Shown: piece by piece, positions 21,297 to 32,836 of the stretch | Layout: every line of letters starts with the position of its first letter | Numbering within the stretch: position 1 is the stretch's first letter | Assembly (NCBI GenBank): GCA_965203315.1 | Contig: OZ241857.1 | Location: 1,824,001 to 1,888,000 of the forward strand | Origin: Nitrosopumilus sp. | Lineage (GTDB): Archaea > Thermoproteota > Nitrososphaeria > Nitrososphaerales > Nitrosopumilaceae | Direction of reading: 5' to 3' | DNA: 64,000 nucleotides | Position numbers and translations under genes: made by a program | The notes under the pieces: generated by a model | Databases searched by the model: none | What the model was told of the DNA's origin: nothing | The model's input: only the letters and a program-made list of their open reading frames with translations

Positions 21297-24200
21297 ATGA
21301 ATAACGAAATAGGACGAAAAACAACTAGTTTAATACTAATGACAATAATGGTCGCAGGTGGACTGACCTTTGCTATACCAAGCATGGAACCAGTCTATGC
21401 CCAGTCGACACCAAACTTATACGTCTCAGCTGCTGATCCAAACGGATACGGAACTAGATTCGACAACACCTTTGGTGGTCTACAAGTTGTCGAAGTCATT
21501 GTAAATGATCCGTTACTAACTGATGAGAATGATGCTATGCCTCGTGTCACAATAAACGATGACGTAAAACTCAACATGACACAAGCTGGTGATGGCGCTT
21601 GGTATGGATACTTTGCAGATAAAGGACGTGATGGTAACGGTGATGGCGATGACACGGACCTTACTAGCGGATATTTCATCACTGCCGCAACTGTACAACT
21701 AGCACTAGATGGTGAAGTTAATTATGATGGCCTATATGGTAGCAGTGAAGACTCTGCGCGTTACACAGGTGTGGGTGGTTTCACAGACGATAACTTGGTC
21801 AATAATTCTCCCTCAAAGCGAGGTTCAACAGCTAAAATACTATCTGATGATGGTAATCAAATAAAGTATCTTGATCTTGATGATGGTGATGATGTAAAGA
21901 TCGTATACCAAAAGGCAGGAAACCCACAAACTGTAACCTTGACATATGACAAATCAAAGAACAATGGAATTGAACTTGACAGAAACTCGTACGCAAGAGA
22001 CGCAAATGTGTACATTACTCTCATAGATCACGTACTAAACGTAGACCCAACCTCTAAAGACGTTTGGCAGTTCTTTCTTGATGTAAATTCGCCTTCTGCA
22101 CCCGGAGCTGGTACTTTTCCAGATGACAGAGTAATATTGGCAACTCGTAATCTAAGTGGCGGTACTAATGGTTGGACACATGCTCAACTTGGTTGTGATG
22201 ATAACGACTGTATGTTGTCGATACCAAATGATAGCATACTCCGACTAGACAATGACGATGACGCTACAAACAATCCCAATAATATTACCTTTGAAGAAAC
22301 TGGACCAAACACTGGTGTATTTGAGATAAGAGACAATGATGGCGATACATCAATAATGACTGATGATAATGCACCAAGAGGACAAAATAGTCTTATCACT
22401 TATTCTGGTAACAATGTAGCCGTAAACCTACGACTAACTACTGCTACTGTAGATCTAGATGTATCCGACGGTACATGGAACTCGGGTGAAAAGATAGATC
22501 TGGCAGTAGTCGATGCAGATCAAAACAAAGACAGTGATGCAGAAGACGATCAAAAGGTATCTGACCCAATGTCAAGAATTCCGACATTTATGACAGGTGA
22601 CCCACGTACACTAATGGACAGTAAAGACAATTCTGCATATGCATATACACAACCAGGTACTTCTTGGCAGAAATATCCGATAGATCCAGATGATAGGACA
22701 TACATACGTGACTTAGATTTTAGAGTCGATGATAGTCATAGAGGCATACTGTCATGGAATGGTTCAAATGATGTTCGCGATACCGAACCACTTTCACTTG
22801 CGGGACCAGCATCTGGCTTCTTCATTGGAGGGATGATTGCTATTCCTCTAGGTACGCTAGAAGATCTACATGGATCGATTAACGATGACCGTTCAAATAA
22901 AGGCAACTTTACGGGGCGAAATCTATTCAACTATGACTTTGGCGTCTTTGATACAAACAACATGCGTGTTGATCTAAACATACACAACAGTACAGGAGAT
23001 GTTGTTTACTTTGGAACACTGTTAGACAATAGCAAAAGTGAACTCTCAGCATATGATACTCGTTCCGGCCTTAGAGACATAACCGGCTTTATGGTCGAAG
23101 ATAGAAATAACAATGAACTAAAATATTCACTATCTAGTTCTGAATTTCTATCAAAGGTCGGTACTAGCGCTCAAGTCACACTGGGAATAATAATCAAAGA
23201 CGGAAATGGCCACGCCACACCATCATTTACTATCACTGAAGGCAAAGAATATCCCATAGTCGCAGATTTCTTCTCGTATGGATTCTATGACGATGGTGCA
23301 CAAGCAAGTGAGAGAGTTGCAAATCAGATTATACGAGTCGAGGTAGAAGAGACTGGTGAGAACACTAGTACCTTTACAGGAACACTAGAGTACATCATGA
23401 TAAACCAACTCGATATGATAGTGAATGATCGTTCGTATATGGAAGGCAACAACTACCCAAAGACTCCATACATATTCGATAGTATCACACCAACAGGCAA
23501 TGAAGTCAAATTCATCGCCTTTGAGGACATTACAGGCTCTGACGCGCGAGTAAACTATGCAGACATAGACTCGAACGGCAACATGGCTGTGGTCTCTGAT
23601 CAACAAGATATCGCAACCTCTAGTGGTGTGGTATCTCTGAATGCAGAGACATACAGTGTAGGCAGCAATGTCGTAATAACACTAGAGGACTCTGATCTGA
23701 ATACAGATCCTGATCGTGCTGATACCTATACAGTAGTAATGGACAGTAACCACAATGACACAGATAGAGATCAAGTAGGCATGAGTGTAACCAATGTAGC
23801 TGGTATCAAGTACAAGTCTCTACTACCAGGTGGCAAATCACTAGGAATGCTACTCGAAGTAACCATTGGTGGTGAGAGATGGAAATCTGGCGCATGTGAC
23901 CTAGATAATAACATTCAGAACGGACTCGCTAAAACCGGATTCACTCTACAAGAGACCGGATCCAGTACAGGAGTCTTTACAGGTTCATTTTCTATACCAA
24001 AACAAGTATGCAACTTTAATGACGACGATACAGTAAACACGAGAAACCCTAACACACCTACAAGCGGCAAAGATATTGGCGTAACATATCTAGACTTTAG
24101 AGATGCATCTGGTCAGATAGTCACAGCTGGTGACTCTGCATCGATTGGTGCAAGTACAGGCTCTGTATCGCTAGATAGAACTGTATATCCAGTTCCGTAT

Positions 24201-26324
24201 GGTCAGGGTACAACAACTGGTTCAAGAGCCCTAGACATGGCCGGAACGAATCTTCCACTTGGTACAGTTAAAATCTATGTTCAAGTAAACGACCCAGACT
24301 ACAACTTGAATCCTACAGGCGAGGACAAGATCGAAGGCATGTCTGGAAACGGACCAGTCAAGATAACAGTCTCTCGCAGTGGTGATGAGTGTTTAATAGG
24401 TCATGCAGGTGGCACTACATCAGAGGCAAACGACGAGGTTAGTCAGTTGGAACGAAAGCGAGATGCCGCAAAAAAGGCACATGCTGATGCTACAGATCCT
24501 ACTGAAAAGGCTACAAAATATACCGAATATCTCTTGGCAGAGTTAAGGTACACTAATGCTCGAGATACTGGTACATGTGATCCAAAGAATTTGGGTGCTC
24601 TAACAGAGACATCTCCTGAATCTGGAGTCTTTGAAGTAAGCTTTGATCTATCTTACATAGATGGACCAAGTGGTAGTGACTGTCCAAGTAGAACAATATC
24701 TGACGGTACGACAAGCCGTACATGCATCCTACAAGGTGATATCCTCACCGTACAGTACAACGACACAACAGATGCTTCTGGTAACCCACGCACAGTCACA
24801 GACTCTGCTACCTTTGATCTACGAAACGGTGCTCTACAGACAGACAAGTCTGTATACGTTATAGGCTCGGACATGATCGTAACACTCATCGATCCAGACC
24901 TTGATCTAGACAGCGGTACACGTGAAACATATACACTTGATCTGATCAAATGGGACTCGGACGCAGGTACCAAGAATCTGAGTGAAGGTATATTCGATGC
25001 AGAACCAGGCTCTCTACGAGAGACTGGTCCTAGCACAGGTATCTTCCAAGTGGTCATATCTGTTCCCAAGGCCATAGACAACGACAGACTAGAACGAGGC
25101 GAAGAGATCAAGCTAGAATACACAGACTATGGACCATCAGGTGCAGACTATGTAGGTGATAATACAGAAGATATCGACAGAACGGTATTCACATCAAACT
25201 TTGGTGCTACAATAGAACTAGATCAAAGCGTATACAGTTGGACCGACAAGGTATTCATTACTGTAACAGCTCCTGATCACAACCTAAACACAAACCAAGT
25301 AGACGAGATTGGTGCTGATCCATATCCGGTACGTGTTGCTACAAGATCCGACGACATTAAAAACTACAAACTCGTAGAGACAGGTACAAACACTGGTATC
25401 TTTACAGGTGAAGTAATACTGACAGGATTCTCGTACGACGCAGACGGTGATGATTCCACAGGAGAAAACGGTAAAGACGTCACAGGTCGTACATGTGATA
25501 GATGTAACGGACCAACCGATGGACTATTACCAACAGACAACGACGACGGACTCGAGGTATCATTCGAGTTCTCTGACGACGAGACTGTACGCAAGTCTGC
25601 TCTAATCCGTTGGAACATTGGTGAAGTTCAGTGGCTAGAAGCAAGTTATCCTGCTACAGCTACAGGCGTACTACGTGTAATCGATCCCGACATGAACTTG
25701 AATCCAGAATCTGCAGACAACTTTGAGGTCAAAGTATGGTCTTCTAGTGCACCTAGTGGAATAACCCTTACAGTAACAGAGACTCAACCAGCAAGTGGTA
25801 TCTTTGAAGGTACTGTATTCTTTGGACTCTCTGTCCAATCAGGCGGTCACAAACTATCCACAGAAGAAGGAGACACAGTCACTGCAAAGTACAGCGACAA
25901 CACTCTACCTGCTCCGTACAATACAGGCGACTCTGAAGACATCACTGCAACCACCATAATAGGAACAATAGTACCTCCTCTAGAACGAGTAAAGATCGAG
26001 TCGTTGAGAATAGTAGACTCTACAGGTACAACACTCAGTACGGTATCAATAGATCAACAAGTCCAGATCACTGCAGATTTGACAAACACACAAGACAAAG
26101 ACCAACCATTTGCATACTTGGTACAAATTCAAGATAGCGATGGCGTTACAGTATCTCTGTCTTGGATTGATGGTTCATTGACACCATCTCAATCGCTTAG
26201 TCCATCTCAGTCTTGGATACCAACTGCATCCGGTGAATACACAATTACCGTATTTGCGTGGGAGTCGTTGACTATACCAACTGCACTATCTCCACAACAG
26301 ACAACAACAATAACTGTAAACTAG
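21297..26324 (+). CDS. Thaumarchaeal S-layer protein (SlaA-like)
   Basis: MNNEIGRK..SL.LMTIMVAGGLTFAIP signal peptide, repeated ETGxxTGxF motifs, C-terminal QVQITADL..QPFAYLVQIQD..LSP domain. Confidence 0.88.
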   Translation: MNNEIGRKTTSLILMTIMVAGGLTFAIPSMEPVYAQSTPNLYVSAADPNGYGTRFDNTFGGLQVVEVIVNDPLLTDENDAMPRVTINDDVKLNMTQAGDGAWYGYFADKGRDGNGDGDDTDLTSGYFITAATVQLALDGEVNYDGLYGSSEDSARYTGVGGFTDDNLVNNSPSKRGSTAKILSDDGNQIKYLDLDDGDDVKIVYQKAGNPQTVTLTYDKSKNNGIELDRNSYARDANVYITLIDHVLNVDPTSKDVWQFFLDVNSPSAPGAGTFPDDRVILATRNLSGGTNGWTHAQLGCDDNDCMLSIPNDSILRLDNDDDATNNPNNITFEETGPNTGVFEIRDNDGDTSIMTDDNAPRGQNSLITYSGNNVAVNLRLTTATVDLDVSDGTWNSGEKIDLAVVDADQNKDSDAEDDQKVSDPMSRIPTFMTGDPRTLMDSKDNSAYAYTQPGTSWQKYPIDPDDRTYIRDLDFRVDDSHRGILSWNGSNDVRDTEPLSLAGPASGFFIGGMIAIPLGTLEDLHGSINDDRSNKGNFTGRNLFNYDFGVFDTNNMRVDLNIHNSTGDVVYFGTLLDNSKSELSAYDTRSGLRDITGFMVEDRNNNELKYSLSSSEFLSKVGTSAQVTLGIIIKDGNGHATPSFTITEGKEYPIVADFFSYGFYDDGAQASERVANQIIRVEVEETGENTSTFTGTLEYIMINQLDMIVNDRSYMEGNNYPKTPYIFDSITPTGNEVKFIAFEDITGSDARVNYADIDSNGNMAVVSDQQDIATSSGVVSLNAETYSVGSNVVITLEDSDLNTDPDRADTYTVVMDSNHNDTDRDQVGMSVTNVAGIKYKSLLPGGKSLGMLLEVTIGGERWKSGACDLDNNIQNGLAKTGFTLQETGSSTGVFTGSFSIPKQVCNFNDDDTVNTRNPNTPTSGKDIGVTYLDFRDASGQIVTAGDSASIGASTGSVSLDRTVYPVPYGQGTTTGSRALDMAGTNLPLGTVKIYVQVNDPDYNLNPTGEDKIEGMSGNGPVKITVSRSGDECLIGHAGGTTSEANDEVSQLERKRDAAKKAHADATDPTEKATKYTEYLLAELRYTNARDTGTCDPKNLGALTETSPESGVFEVSFDLSYIDGPSGSDCPSRTISDGTTSRTCILQGDILTVQYNDTTDASGNPRTVTDSATFDLRNGALQTDKSVYVIGSDMIVTLIDPDLDLDSGTRETYTLDLIKWDSDAGTKNLSEGIFDAEPGSLRETGPSTGIFQVVISVPKAIDNDRLERGEEIKLEYTDYGPSGADYVGDNTEDIDRTVFTSNFGATIELDQSVYSWTDKVFITVTAPDHNLNTNQVDEIGADPYPVRVATRSDDIKNYKLVETGTNTGIFTGEVILTGFSYDADGDDSTGENGKDVTGRTCDRCNGPTDGLLPTDNDDGLEVSFEFSDDETVRKSALIRWNIGEVQWLEASYPATATGVLRVIDPDMNLNPESADNFEVKVWSSSAPSGITLTVTETQPASGIFEGTVFFGLSVQSGGHKLSTEEGDTVTAKYSDNTLPAPYNTGDSEDITATTIIGTIVPPLERVKIESLRIVDSTGTTLSTVSIDQQVQITADLTNTQDKDQPFAYLVQIQDSDGVTVSLSWIDGSLTPSQSLSPSQSWIPTASGEYTITVFAWESLTIPTALSPQQTTTITVN

Positions 26325-26330
26325 TTCAAA

Positions 26331-26350
26331 CTTTTTCTTTTTCTTTTTTT
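26331..26350 (+). terminator. Oligo-T archaeal terminator after the S-layer gene
   Basis: CTTTTTCTTTTTCTTTTTTT immediately after the stop codon. Confidence 0.6.
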
Positions 26351-26658
26351 ATATTTACATAATACAATATACACAATGCAGCTTATGCATGGCGATAGAT
26401 GTACACGACATTCCTGTTGATATCAGAGTATTCCACAATCAAATTTAGTCTAACTTGCGTACTCGAATATATCGACTATATCGACACTGGTATTCATAAA
26501 ACATCAAACCAAATACAAAAGCATCAGTGATATTCTGCTGAACAATCACAAGATATCAAAAGTTACAATCGTTAATGAACGACTGAATATTATCTCAAAT
26601 GATGATATGATCTGATACCATAACGATCACTTTAATTAAAATTATAGTAGTTTATTTT

Positions 26659-28356
26659 ATGTCTAATATGGCAACAATGACTGGCGCAAAAGCATTGATG
26701 AGCGCGATGGAGAATGAGGGTGTCAAACAGGTCTTTGGCTTACCTGGAGGCGCAAATCTTCCCATGTATGACGAGTTTGCACGATGTAACATTAGACATA
26801 TCTTGGTGCGACATGAACAGTCTGCAGCTCATATGGCAGATGGCTTTGGTCGCGTTAGCAGAAAACCAGGTGTGTGCTTTGCAACCTCTGGACCTGGCGC
26901 AACTAATATTCTTACTGGACTTGCAACTGCACAAGCCGACTCGGCACCAATGATCGCAGTTACGGGTCAAGTCCCCGTGGCTATGATCGGCAGGGATGCA
27001 TTTCAAGAGAGCGATATCATCGGCATGGCAAATCCTGTAGTAAAATACGCATATCAACCAAGAACTCCTGAAGAGATACCGGAGACGATTCGACAAGGAT
27101 TCTATATCGCAGAGACAGGAAGACCTGGCCCTGTACTGATCGATATACCAAAAGACGTACAACAGAACGAAGCCGAGATGGTATTTCCATACGAGTTTCG
27201 CATAGAAGGATATCATCCATGGACCGATCCTGATATTACTGCAGTAGAGCGTGCAATCGATATCTTGATGCACGCAGAAAAGCCAATCATATTAGCAGGT
27301 GGCGGTGCAATAATCTCTTCTGCATTTGCAGAACTACAAGCGGTCGCAGAGACGCTGATGTTGCCGGTTGTAACTACATTCAAAGGCAAGGGTTCATTTC
27401 CAGAGACCCATCCACTATCCCTTGGACCAATTGGAATGCATGGTCACGCAGAAGCTAACCGTATGATGACAGAAGCAGACTGTGTTTTAGCTATCGGTAC
27501 TAGATTCTCTGATAGATCTGTTGGCACATTTGCAGCGTTTGAGAAACGACTCAAGATAATACACATGGACGTCGATCCAGCAGAGATTGGCAAGAATCAA
27601 ACCGCACACTTGGCAGTAGTGGGAGATGTTAGAGCATCACTGAGAATAATGGTCAAACTACTCTTACAGAGATCTATAAAACGTTCTCAGGAATCGACGT
27701 GGATCAAACATGTCAAAGAGACAAAATCCTACTGGAAAGATAATCTAAAGATTCATCCAGGAGAGATGGGGGCAGCAAAGGTTTTACGAAAACTGCGAGA
27801 GATACTCCCTAGTAAATCGATCATCACAACAGAAGTTGGTCAACATCAGATGTGGGCATCGCTATTCTATGATGTTATTGAGCCTGGTACGTTCTTTAGT
27901 TCAACAGGGCTTGGAACTATGGGTTGGGGATTTCCGGCAGCAATAGGCGCCAAGGTAGCAAGATATGATGTACCTGTGATCGATATTGCGGGTGACGGTA
28001 GCTTTAACATGACAGAGAACTCGCTTGCAACTGCAGTACTGGAAGATATTCCCGTGATCGTATTTCTGATGAACAATTTTACGTTAGGTATGGTTGCACA
28101 ATGGCAACGAACCTTTTATGAGCGAAGAATGATTGGTGTAGATCAAGGCAAGTGTCCCGACTATGTGAAACTAGCCCAATCGTATGGTGCAGAAGGGATA
28201 CGCGCCGAGTCTATGAACGAACTTGAAAGTGCCATCAAGACTGCGCTTGGGAATAATGTTGCTACCGTAATTGACATTCCAATAGATCCAGAAGAAGACG
28301 TATTGCCATTTGTGGCTCCTGGTACATCACTATCGGAGATGATCCTACCATCATGA
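26659..28356 (+). CDS. ilvB: Acetolactate synthase large subunit
   Basis: FGLPGGA, RHEQ, TSGPGATN, GDGSF TPP motif. Confidence 0.95.
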   Translation: MSNMATMTGAKALMSAMENEGVKQVFGLPGGANLPMYDEFARCNIRHILVRHEQSAAHMADGFGRVSRKPGVCFATSGPGATNILTGLATAQADSAPMIAVTGQVPVAMIGRDAFQESDIIGMANPVVKYAYQPRTPEEIPETIRQGFYIAETGRPGPVLIDIPKDVQQNEAEMVFPYEFRIEGYHPWTDPDITAVERAIDILMHAEKPIILAGGGAIISSAFAELQAVAETLMLPVVTTFKGKGSFPETHPLSLGPIGMHGHAEANRMMTEADCVLAIGTRFSDRSVGTFAAFEKRLKIIHMDVDPAEIGKNQTAHLAVVGDVRASLRIMVKLLLQRSIKRSQESTWIKHVKETKSYWKDNLKIHPGEMGAAKVLRKLREILPSKSIITTEVGQHQMWASLFYDVIEPGTFFSSTGLGTMGWGFPAAIGAKVARYDVPVIDIAGDGSFNMTENSLATAVLEDIPVIVFLMNNFTLGMVAQWQRTFYERRMIGVDQGKCPDYVKLAQSYGAEGIRAESMNELESAIKTALGNNVATVIDIPIDPEEDVLPFVAPGTSLSEMILPS

Positions 28357-28844
28357 ATGCAACTTGGGCCATACTATCAATTGTGGTTGGGAACAAGCCT
28401 GGAATACTCTTCAAGATTACTCATCTATTTCGCTCACGAAACTTTAACATCGACAGTATATCTGTAGGCGTAACCGAGAATCCTGCATACTCTAGAATGA
28501 CCATCACCACATATGGAGACAAGCATCATATCGAGCAGATTGTAAAACAGCTAGACAAGATGATCGACACTGTATCTGTCAAACATTTAGACGAACACAA
28601 GACCGTATTTCGAGAGCTGAGCATTTTTAAGATAAGAGTGCGTAATGCTAATGATAGTATGGAGATAAACAAGATAGCAAACGCATATGGTGGCAAAGTT
28701 CATGATGCAAAGAGAGACTCTGTGATGGTAGAACTCACTACTACTCCAGATCAGATAAAGGCATTTGAAGAACTAGTATCTCCTTTTGGTATCATCGAGG
28801 TTGCTAGAACTGGGGTTGCAGCGCTAGAGAGGAGTGGGGCATGA
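28353..28844 (+). CDS. ilvN: Acetolactate synthase small subunit
   Basis: ACT domain NKPGIL..RNFNIDSISVG, EVARTG; coupled to ilvB. Confidence 0.93.
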   Translation: MNATWAILSIVVGNKPGILFKITHLFRSRNFNIDSISVGVTENPAYSRMTITTYGDKHHIEQIVKQLDKMIDTVSVKHLDEHKTVFRELSIFKIRVRNANDSMEINKIANAYGGKVHDAKRDSVMVELTTTPDQIKAFEELVSPFGIIEVARTGVAALERSGA

Positions 28845-30355
28845 AGATTCGAATATTTGATACTACCCTACGAGATGGTGAACAGACACCAGGTGTATCA
28901 CTAACGCCTGATCAGAAACTCGAGATTGCACAAAGACTTGATGCACTAGGTGTAGACGCAATCGAGGCTGGCTTTCCTGTAATATCTGAAGGAGAACTAC
29001 GTGCAGTAAAGATGATAACATCAGAAGGACTAAGCTGTGAGATTGCAGGACTAGCTAGAACCAACAAAAAGGACATTGATGCAGCAATAGACGGAAATCT
29101 AGACTATATTCACACATTTATTGCAACATCTGATATTCACCTCAAACACAAACTCAAGATGAGTCGAGAGCAAGCTGTAGAGAAAGCAATTACAGCTGTC
29201 GAGTATGCCAAGTCGCATGGACTACGAGTAGAGTTTTCTGCAGAAGATGCGACGAGAACAGATCGTGAATTTCTAAAGACAGTATTTAGTGAGATTGCAA
29301 AAGCTGGAGCTGATCGAATAGATATTCCTGATACAGTCGGATACTCGACACCAGAGTATATGGCAGAGATCACGCGAGATGCAATCCAAGCCACAAATCT
29401 TCCTGTTAGTGTTCATTGTCATAACGACTTTGGTCTGGCTGTCGCAAATGCATTGTCTGGCATACATGCTGGAGCAACATGCGCTCATGTTACTATAAAC
29501 GGCATAGGCGAGCGCGCAGGTAACGCATCTCTTGAAGAGCTCGTAATGGCTCTGAATTCTCTCCCATACGAACAAAAGTACGAGACTAACATAAACACTA
29601 GACTGATCTATGACACATCTAGATTTGTATCAAAGTTGGTTGGAATCCAAGTTCAACCAAACAAAGCTATAGTGGGAAACAATGCATTTGGCCACGAGTC
29701 TGGAATTCACACACATGGTATTCTCAACAACCCTCTCACCTATGAGCCGATCAGTCCAGAACTTGTAGGTAGGAAGAGATGGCTACGCGTGGGAAAACAT
29801 GCTGGAATTCATGGAATGAACGCAATGCTAGATGAGTTTGGAATCAAACCCACTCTTGAACAGTCTAATGCAATCTTGGAACAAGTTAAAGAGCTAGGTG
29901 ATCAAGGCAAACCACCAACAGACGTAGAGTTGATATCTATTGCAAGTAAGATACTAGGTGATACTGGGATACGACGTATAGTCCAACTGACAGGTTTCTC
30001 GGTATCAACTGGAATTGGAACTATGCCTTATGCATTTGTAAAACTGAATATAGATGGTCAAGACTTTGTTGGGACAGACTATGGAGTGGGACCAGTTGAT
30101 GCAGCACTAAACGCAATCGAAGAGATCACTGGTAAAATATCAGAGATACGAATCAAAGACTATGGGTTAGCATCGATCAGTGGAGGATCTTCGGCACTAT
30201 GTGAGGTCACTGTAACTGTCGAAGATGTACACGGCGACACAATCTCTGCCAAGTCCATAGGTGAAGATATCGTAACCACTAGCGTCCAAGCGGTCATAGA
30301 CGCCATGAATCGAATAATGCTCAAAAAGGTAATCCAAGAGAGACAGCTCAGCTAG
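28841..30355 (+). CDS. leuA: 2-isopropylmalate synthase / citramalate synthase family
   Basis: DTTLRDGEQ, HCHNDFG, GERAGNA, HESGIH, C-terminal regulatory domain GVGPVDA. Confidence 0.85.
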   Translation: MKIRIFDTTLRDGEQTPGVSLTPDQKLEIAQRLDALGVDAIEAGFPVISEGELRAVKMITSEGLSCEIAGLARTNKKDIDAAIDGNLDYIHTFIATSDIHLKHKLKMSREQAVEKAITAVEYAKSHGLRVEFSAEDATRTDREFLKTVFSEIAKAGADRIDIPDTVGYSTPEYMAEITRDAIQATNLPVSVHCHNDFGLAVANALSGIHAGATCAHVTINGIGERAGNASLEELVMALNSLPYEQKYETNINTRLIYDTSRFVSKLVGIQVQPNKAIVGNNAFGHESGIHTHGILNNPLTYEPISPELVGRKRWLRVGKHAGIHGMNAMLDEFGIKPTLEQSNAILEQVKELGDQGKPPTDVELISIASKILGDTGIRRIVQLTGFSVSTGIGTMPYAFVKLNIDGQDFVGTDYGVGPVDAALNAIEEITGKISEIRIKDYGLASISGGSSALCEVTVTVEDVHGDTISAKSIGEDIVTTSVQAVIDAMNRIMLKKVIQERQLS

Positions 30356-30365
30356 CTGATACATC

Positions 30366-31385
30366 ATGTACAAGATATCATTGATCACCGGAGACGGAAT
30401 AGGTCCTGAACTTGCCCAATCTGCTCATACCATACTAGATACAATCCATGATCACCTAGATGTAAAGTTTGATGTAATAGAGTTGTCTGCAGGTGATGCA
30501 GCACTTGCCAAGACAGGTAAAGCACTAGATGATGATACCATACATCAGATAAAAGAGTCATCTGCTTGTCTCAAAGCTCCTGTGGGGGAGAGTGCAGCTG
30601 ACGTCATTGTAGTACTACGTCGTATGTTTGATCTATATGCAAATATTCGTCCTGCAAAGTCATATCCAAACATGCCTGCATTGTACAATGACATCGATAT
30701 GGTCATAGTACGTGAAAATACAGAAGATCTCTATATGGGAAAAGAGTTTGATTTGGACGACTCTGCAGTTGCTCTGAGAATAATCTCCAAAGCTGCATCT
30801 ACTCGAATAGCACGGCGTGCATTTGAGATGGCTCAAGATAGATCAAAACGACGAGTTACATGTGTACACAAGGCAAATGTTATGCATAAAACTGATGGGC
30901 TGTTTGTAAAGGCATGCGTTGATGTCTCACAAGAGTATCCTGACATATCGTTTGAACAAATGTATGTAGATGCGTGTGCAATGAATCTGATTAGGCAACC
31001 TCAAAGATTCGACGTACTAGTTACCACCAACCTCTTTGGAGATATCCTCTCTGATGAATCATCTCAAGTTGTTGGAGGATTGGGTATGGCTCCTGCTGCA
31101 AATATAGGTGACGATTTTGCTCTATTTGAGCCAGTACATGGAGCTGCTTTTGATATTGCAGGATTGAATATCGCAAACCCATCATCATTTCTACTATCCA
31201 TAAAGATGATGCTTGATTGGCTAGGCGAGCGATATGACGATCAACGAGCAATTCAAGTTGGCTCATTATTAGAGGCTAGCATATATGATCTAGTAAAGAT
31301 TGGTATCAAGACCAAAGATATCGGTGGCGACAAAACGACAACAGAGTTTACATCACATGTGGTACATGAATTACGTGATCTTTAG
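30366..31385 (+). CDS. leuB: Isopropylmalate/isocitrate dehydrogenase family (likely LeuB)
   Basis: GDGIGPE, RENTED, HKANV, NLFGDILSD, EPVHG; in ilv/leu operon. Confidence 0.82.
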   Translation: MYKISLITGDGIGPELAQSAHTILDTIHDHLDVKFDVIELSAGDAALAKTGKALDDDTIHQIKESSACLKAPVGESAADVIVVLRRMFDLYANIRPAKSYPNMPALYNDIDMVIVRENTEDLYMGKEFDLDDSAVALRIISKAASTRIARRAFEMAQDRSKRRVTCVHKANVMHKTDGLFVKACVDVSQEYPDISFEQMYVDACAMNLIRQPQRFDVLVTTNLFGDILSDESSQVVGGLGMAPAANIGDDFALFEPVHGAAFDIAGLNIANPSSFLLSIKMMLDWLGERYDDQRAIQVGSLLEASIYDLVKIGIKTKDIGGDKTTTEFTSHVVHELRDL

Positions 31386-31387
31386 AC

Positions 31388-32647
31388 TCAACCCAGTACC
31401 AATCCGATATCCATCAGATTTGTATGTGTGGGACCAGTGATTATGTTCTCTTTACGCTTTTGAAAGAATCGCGCAGAGTCACTGTTTCGTATATGCTCTT
31501 TTATGATATCACGATCTGTTGGAATGTTCTGTGTTATTGCGCCTGCAAAGGTCGAGTTACCATCTATTCCATCTGTACCCATTGCCGCAATAACTAGACG
31601 TCGTAGACTTTGAGTATTCTTTAGTAGGCGTAGCACCAACTCTTGATTTCGTCCTCCTGATCCTTTACCTAAAACTCTAACCGTCGTCTCGCCTCCAAAC
31701 AGCAGACACTCGTTTGTATCTGCTGGAATGTTGTCGATGATCTTTGGTACCGCATCCTTGATATTTCCAAATATCTGAATCGAACTTGTTCTGTAGCCTT
31801 TGTCTGTAGCTCTTTTGTGCATCTCGTTTATACAATCTGCATTTCTCGCAATAATTCTACAAGGTATGCTCTCTGATATCTTGTAGTTGTCTCTACTCTT
31901 CAAGATGTCTATGACACTATTAGGCATCTTGTTTGTGATATCATATTTGTACATGATATCTAGAGCATCATTGTGTGTTGTGTTGTTCATGTGTGTGGGA
32001 CCAGATGCTATAGATGAAGGATCATCGCCTTCAATATCTGACATGATTAGGGATACTCCATGACACCGCATCTGAGCTGCAAGGCGACCACCTTTGATCT
32101 TTGAGATCTGTTTTCGAATACAGTTTAACTCTTGAATAGTACAACCAGACTTTAACAGTACATCATTGACTCGAATCTTGTCGTCAAGAGATATGCCGTC
32201 AGGGAGAGCAAGTAGTGATGATCCTCCTCCGGATATTAGAAATACTACTAGTTCGTCACGCTGTCGATTCTGAACAAACTTTAGTACCTGTTTTGCCGCC
32301 TTGACGCTATTTTGATCTGGGAGTGGATGTCTAGAATTGAATATTTGAAATCTCTTTCCATGAATCTTTGATCTGTTACCTTGCGGAATTACGACTAGAC
32401 CGCGGCTTATTGGAACTAGTGCATTTAGAGCGCTAGTCATTGTATCTGCTGCTTTACCGAATGCTATCGAGTATATTGCAGAATATTTGGCAAACTCTAC
32501 AAATCTGTCTTCTAGTTTAATCCCATCTGTACTAACATATTTTGCCATAAAGTTTTGCGGATCTGCTGCTTTGAGACCAGCATTCAAGATCTCAAGACAA
32601 TCTCTCTTTTTACTATTGGTGGCAAGATCTGTAAAGTTTTGGATCAA
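31388..32647 (-). CDS. Glycerate 2-kinase (DUF4147/MOFRL)
   Basis: FGKAA, ISGGGSSL, KGGRLA, GGETTV, GGRNQE, GTDGIDG, TGPTHTNLMD. Confidence 0.9.
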   Translation of the reverse strand: MIQNFTDLATNSKKRDCLEILNAGLKAADPQNFMAKYVSTDGIKLEDRFVEFAKYSAIYSIAFGKAADTMTSALNALVPISRGLVVIPQGNRSKIHGKRFQIFNSRHPLPDQNSVKAAKQVLKFVQNRQRDELVVFLISGGGSSLLALPDGISLDDKIRVNDVLLKSGCTIQELNCIRKQISKIKGGRLAAQMRCHGVSLIMSDIEGDDPSSIASGPTHMNNTTHNDALDIMYKYDITNKMPNSVIDILKSRDNYKISESIPCRIIARNADCINEMHKRATDKGYRTSSIQIFGNIKDAVPKIIDNIPADTNECLLFGGETTVRVLGKGSGGRNQELVLRLLKNTQSLRRLVIAAMGTDGIDGNSTFAGAITQNIPTDRDIIKEHIRNSDSARFFQKRKENIITGPTHTNLMDIGLVLG

Positions 32648-32836
32648 TGCTGTATGTACTAGTGGAATGACGGATATAACCTAGTCGTTAAGTTGAGCAT
32701 TACCAAATATCATTCAATCTTTTGATACAAATCTGATTTGTTATGCAGACATCAGATCATATTGACGCGTTGTTTGTGTTAGAACTTGTTTTTGATAGTA
32801 TATTGGTCAAGTACGTCTGATACTAAAAATGACAGT

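Noticed and set aside
26575-26620. C/D box sRNA (CTGA...ATGATGA...CTGA)
   Set aside because: Box spacing too short for a guide region and no upstream C box
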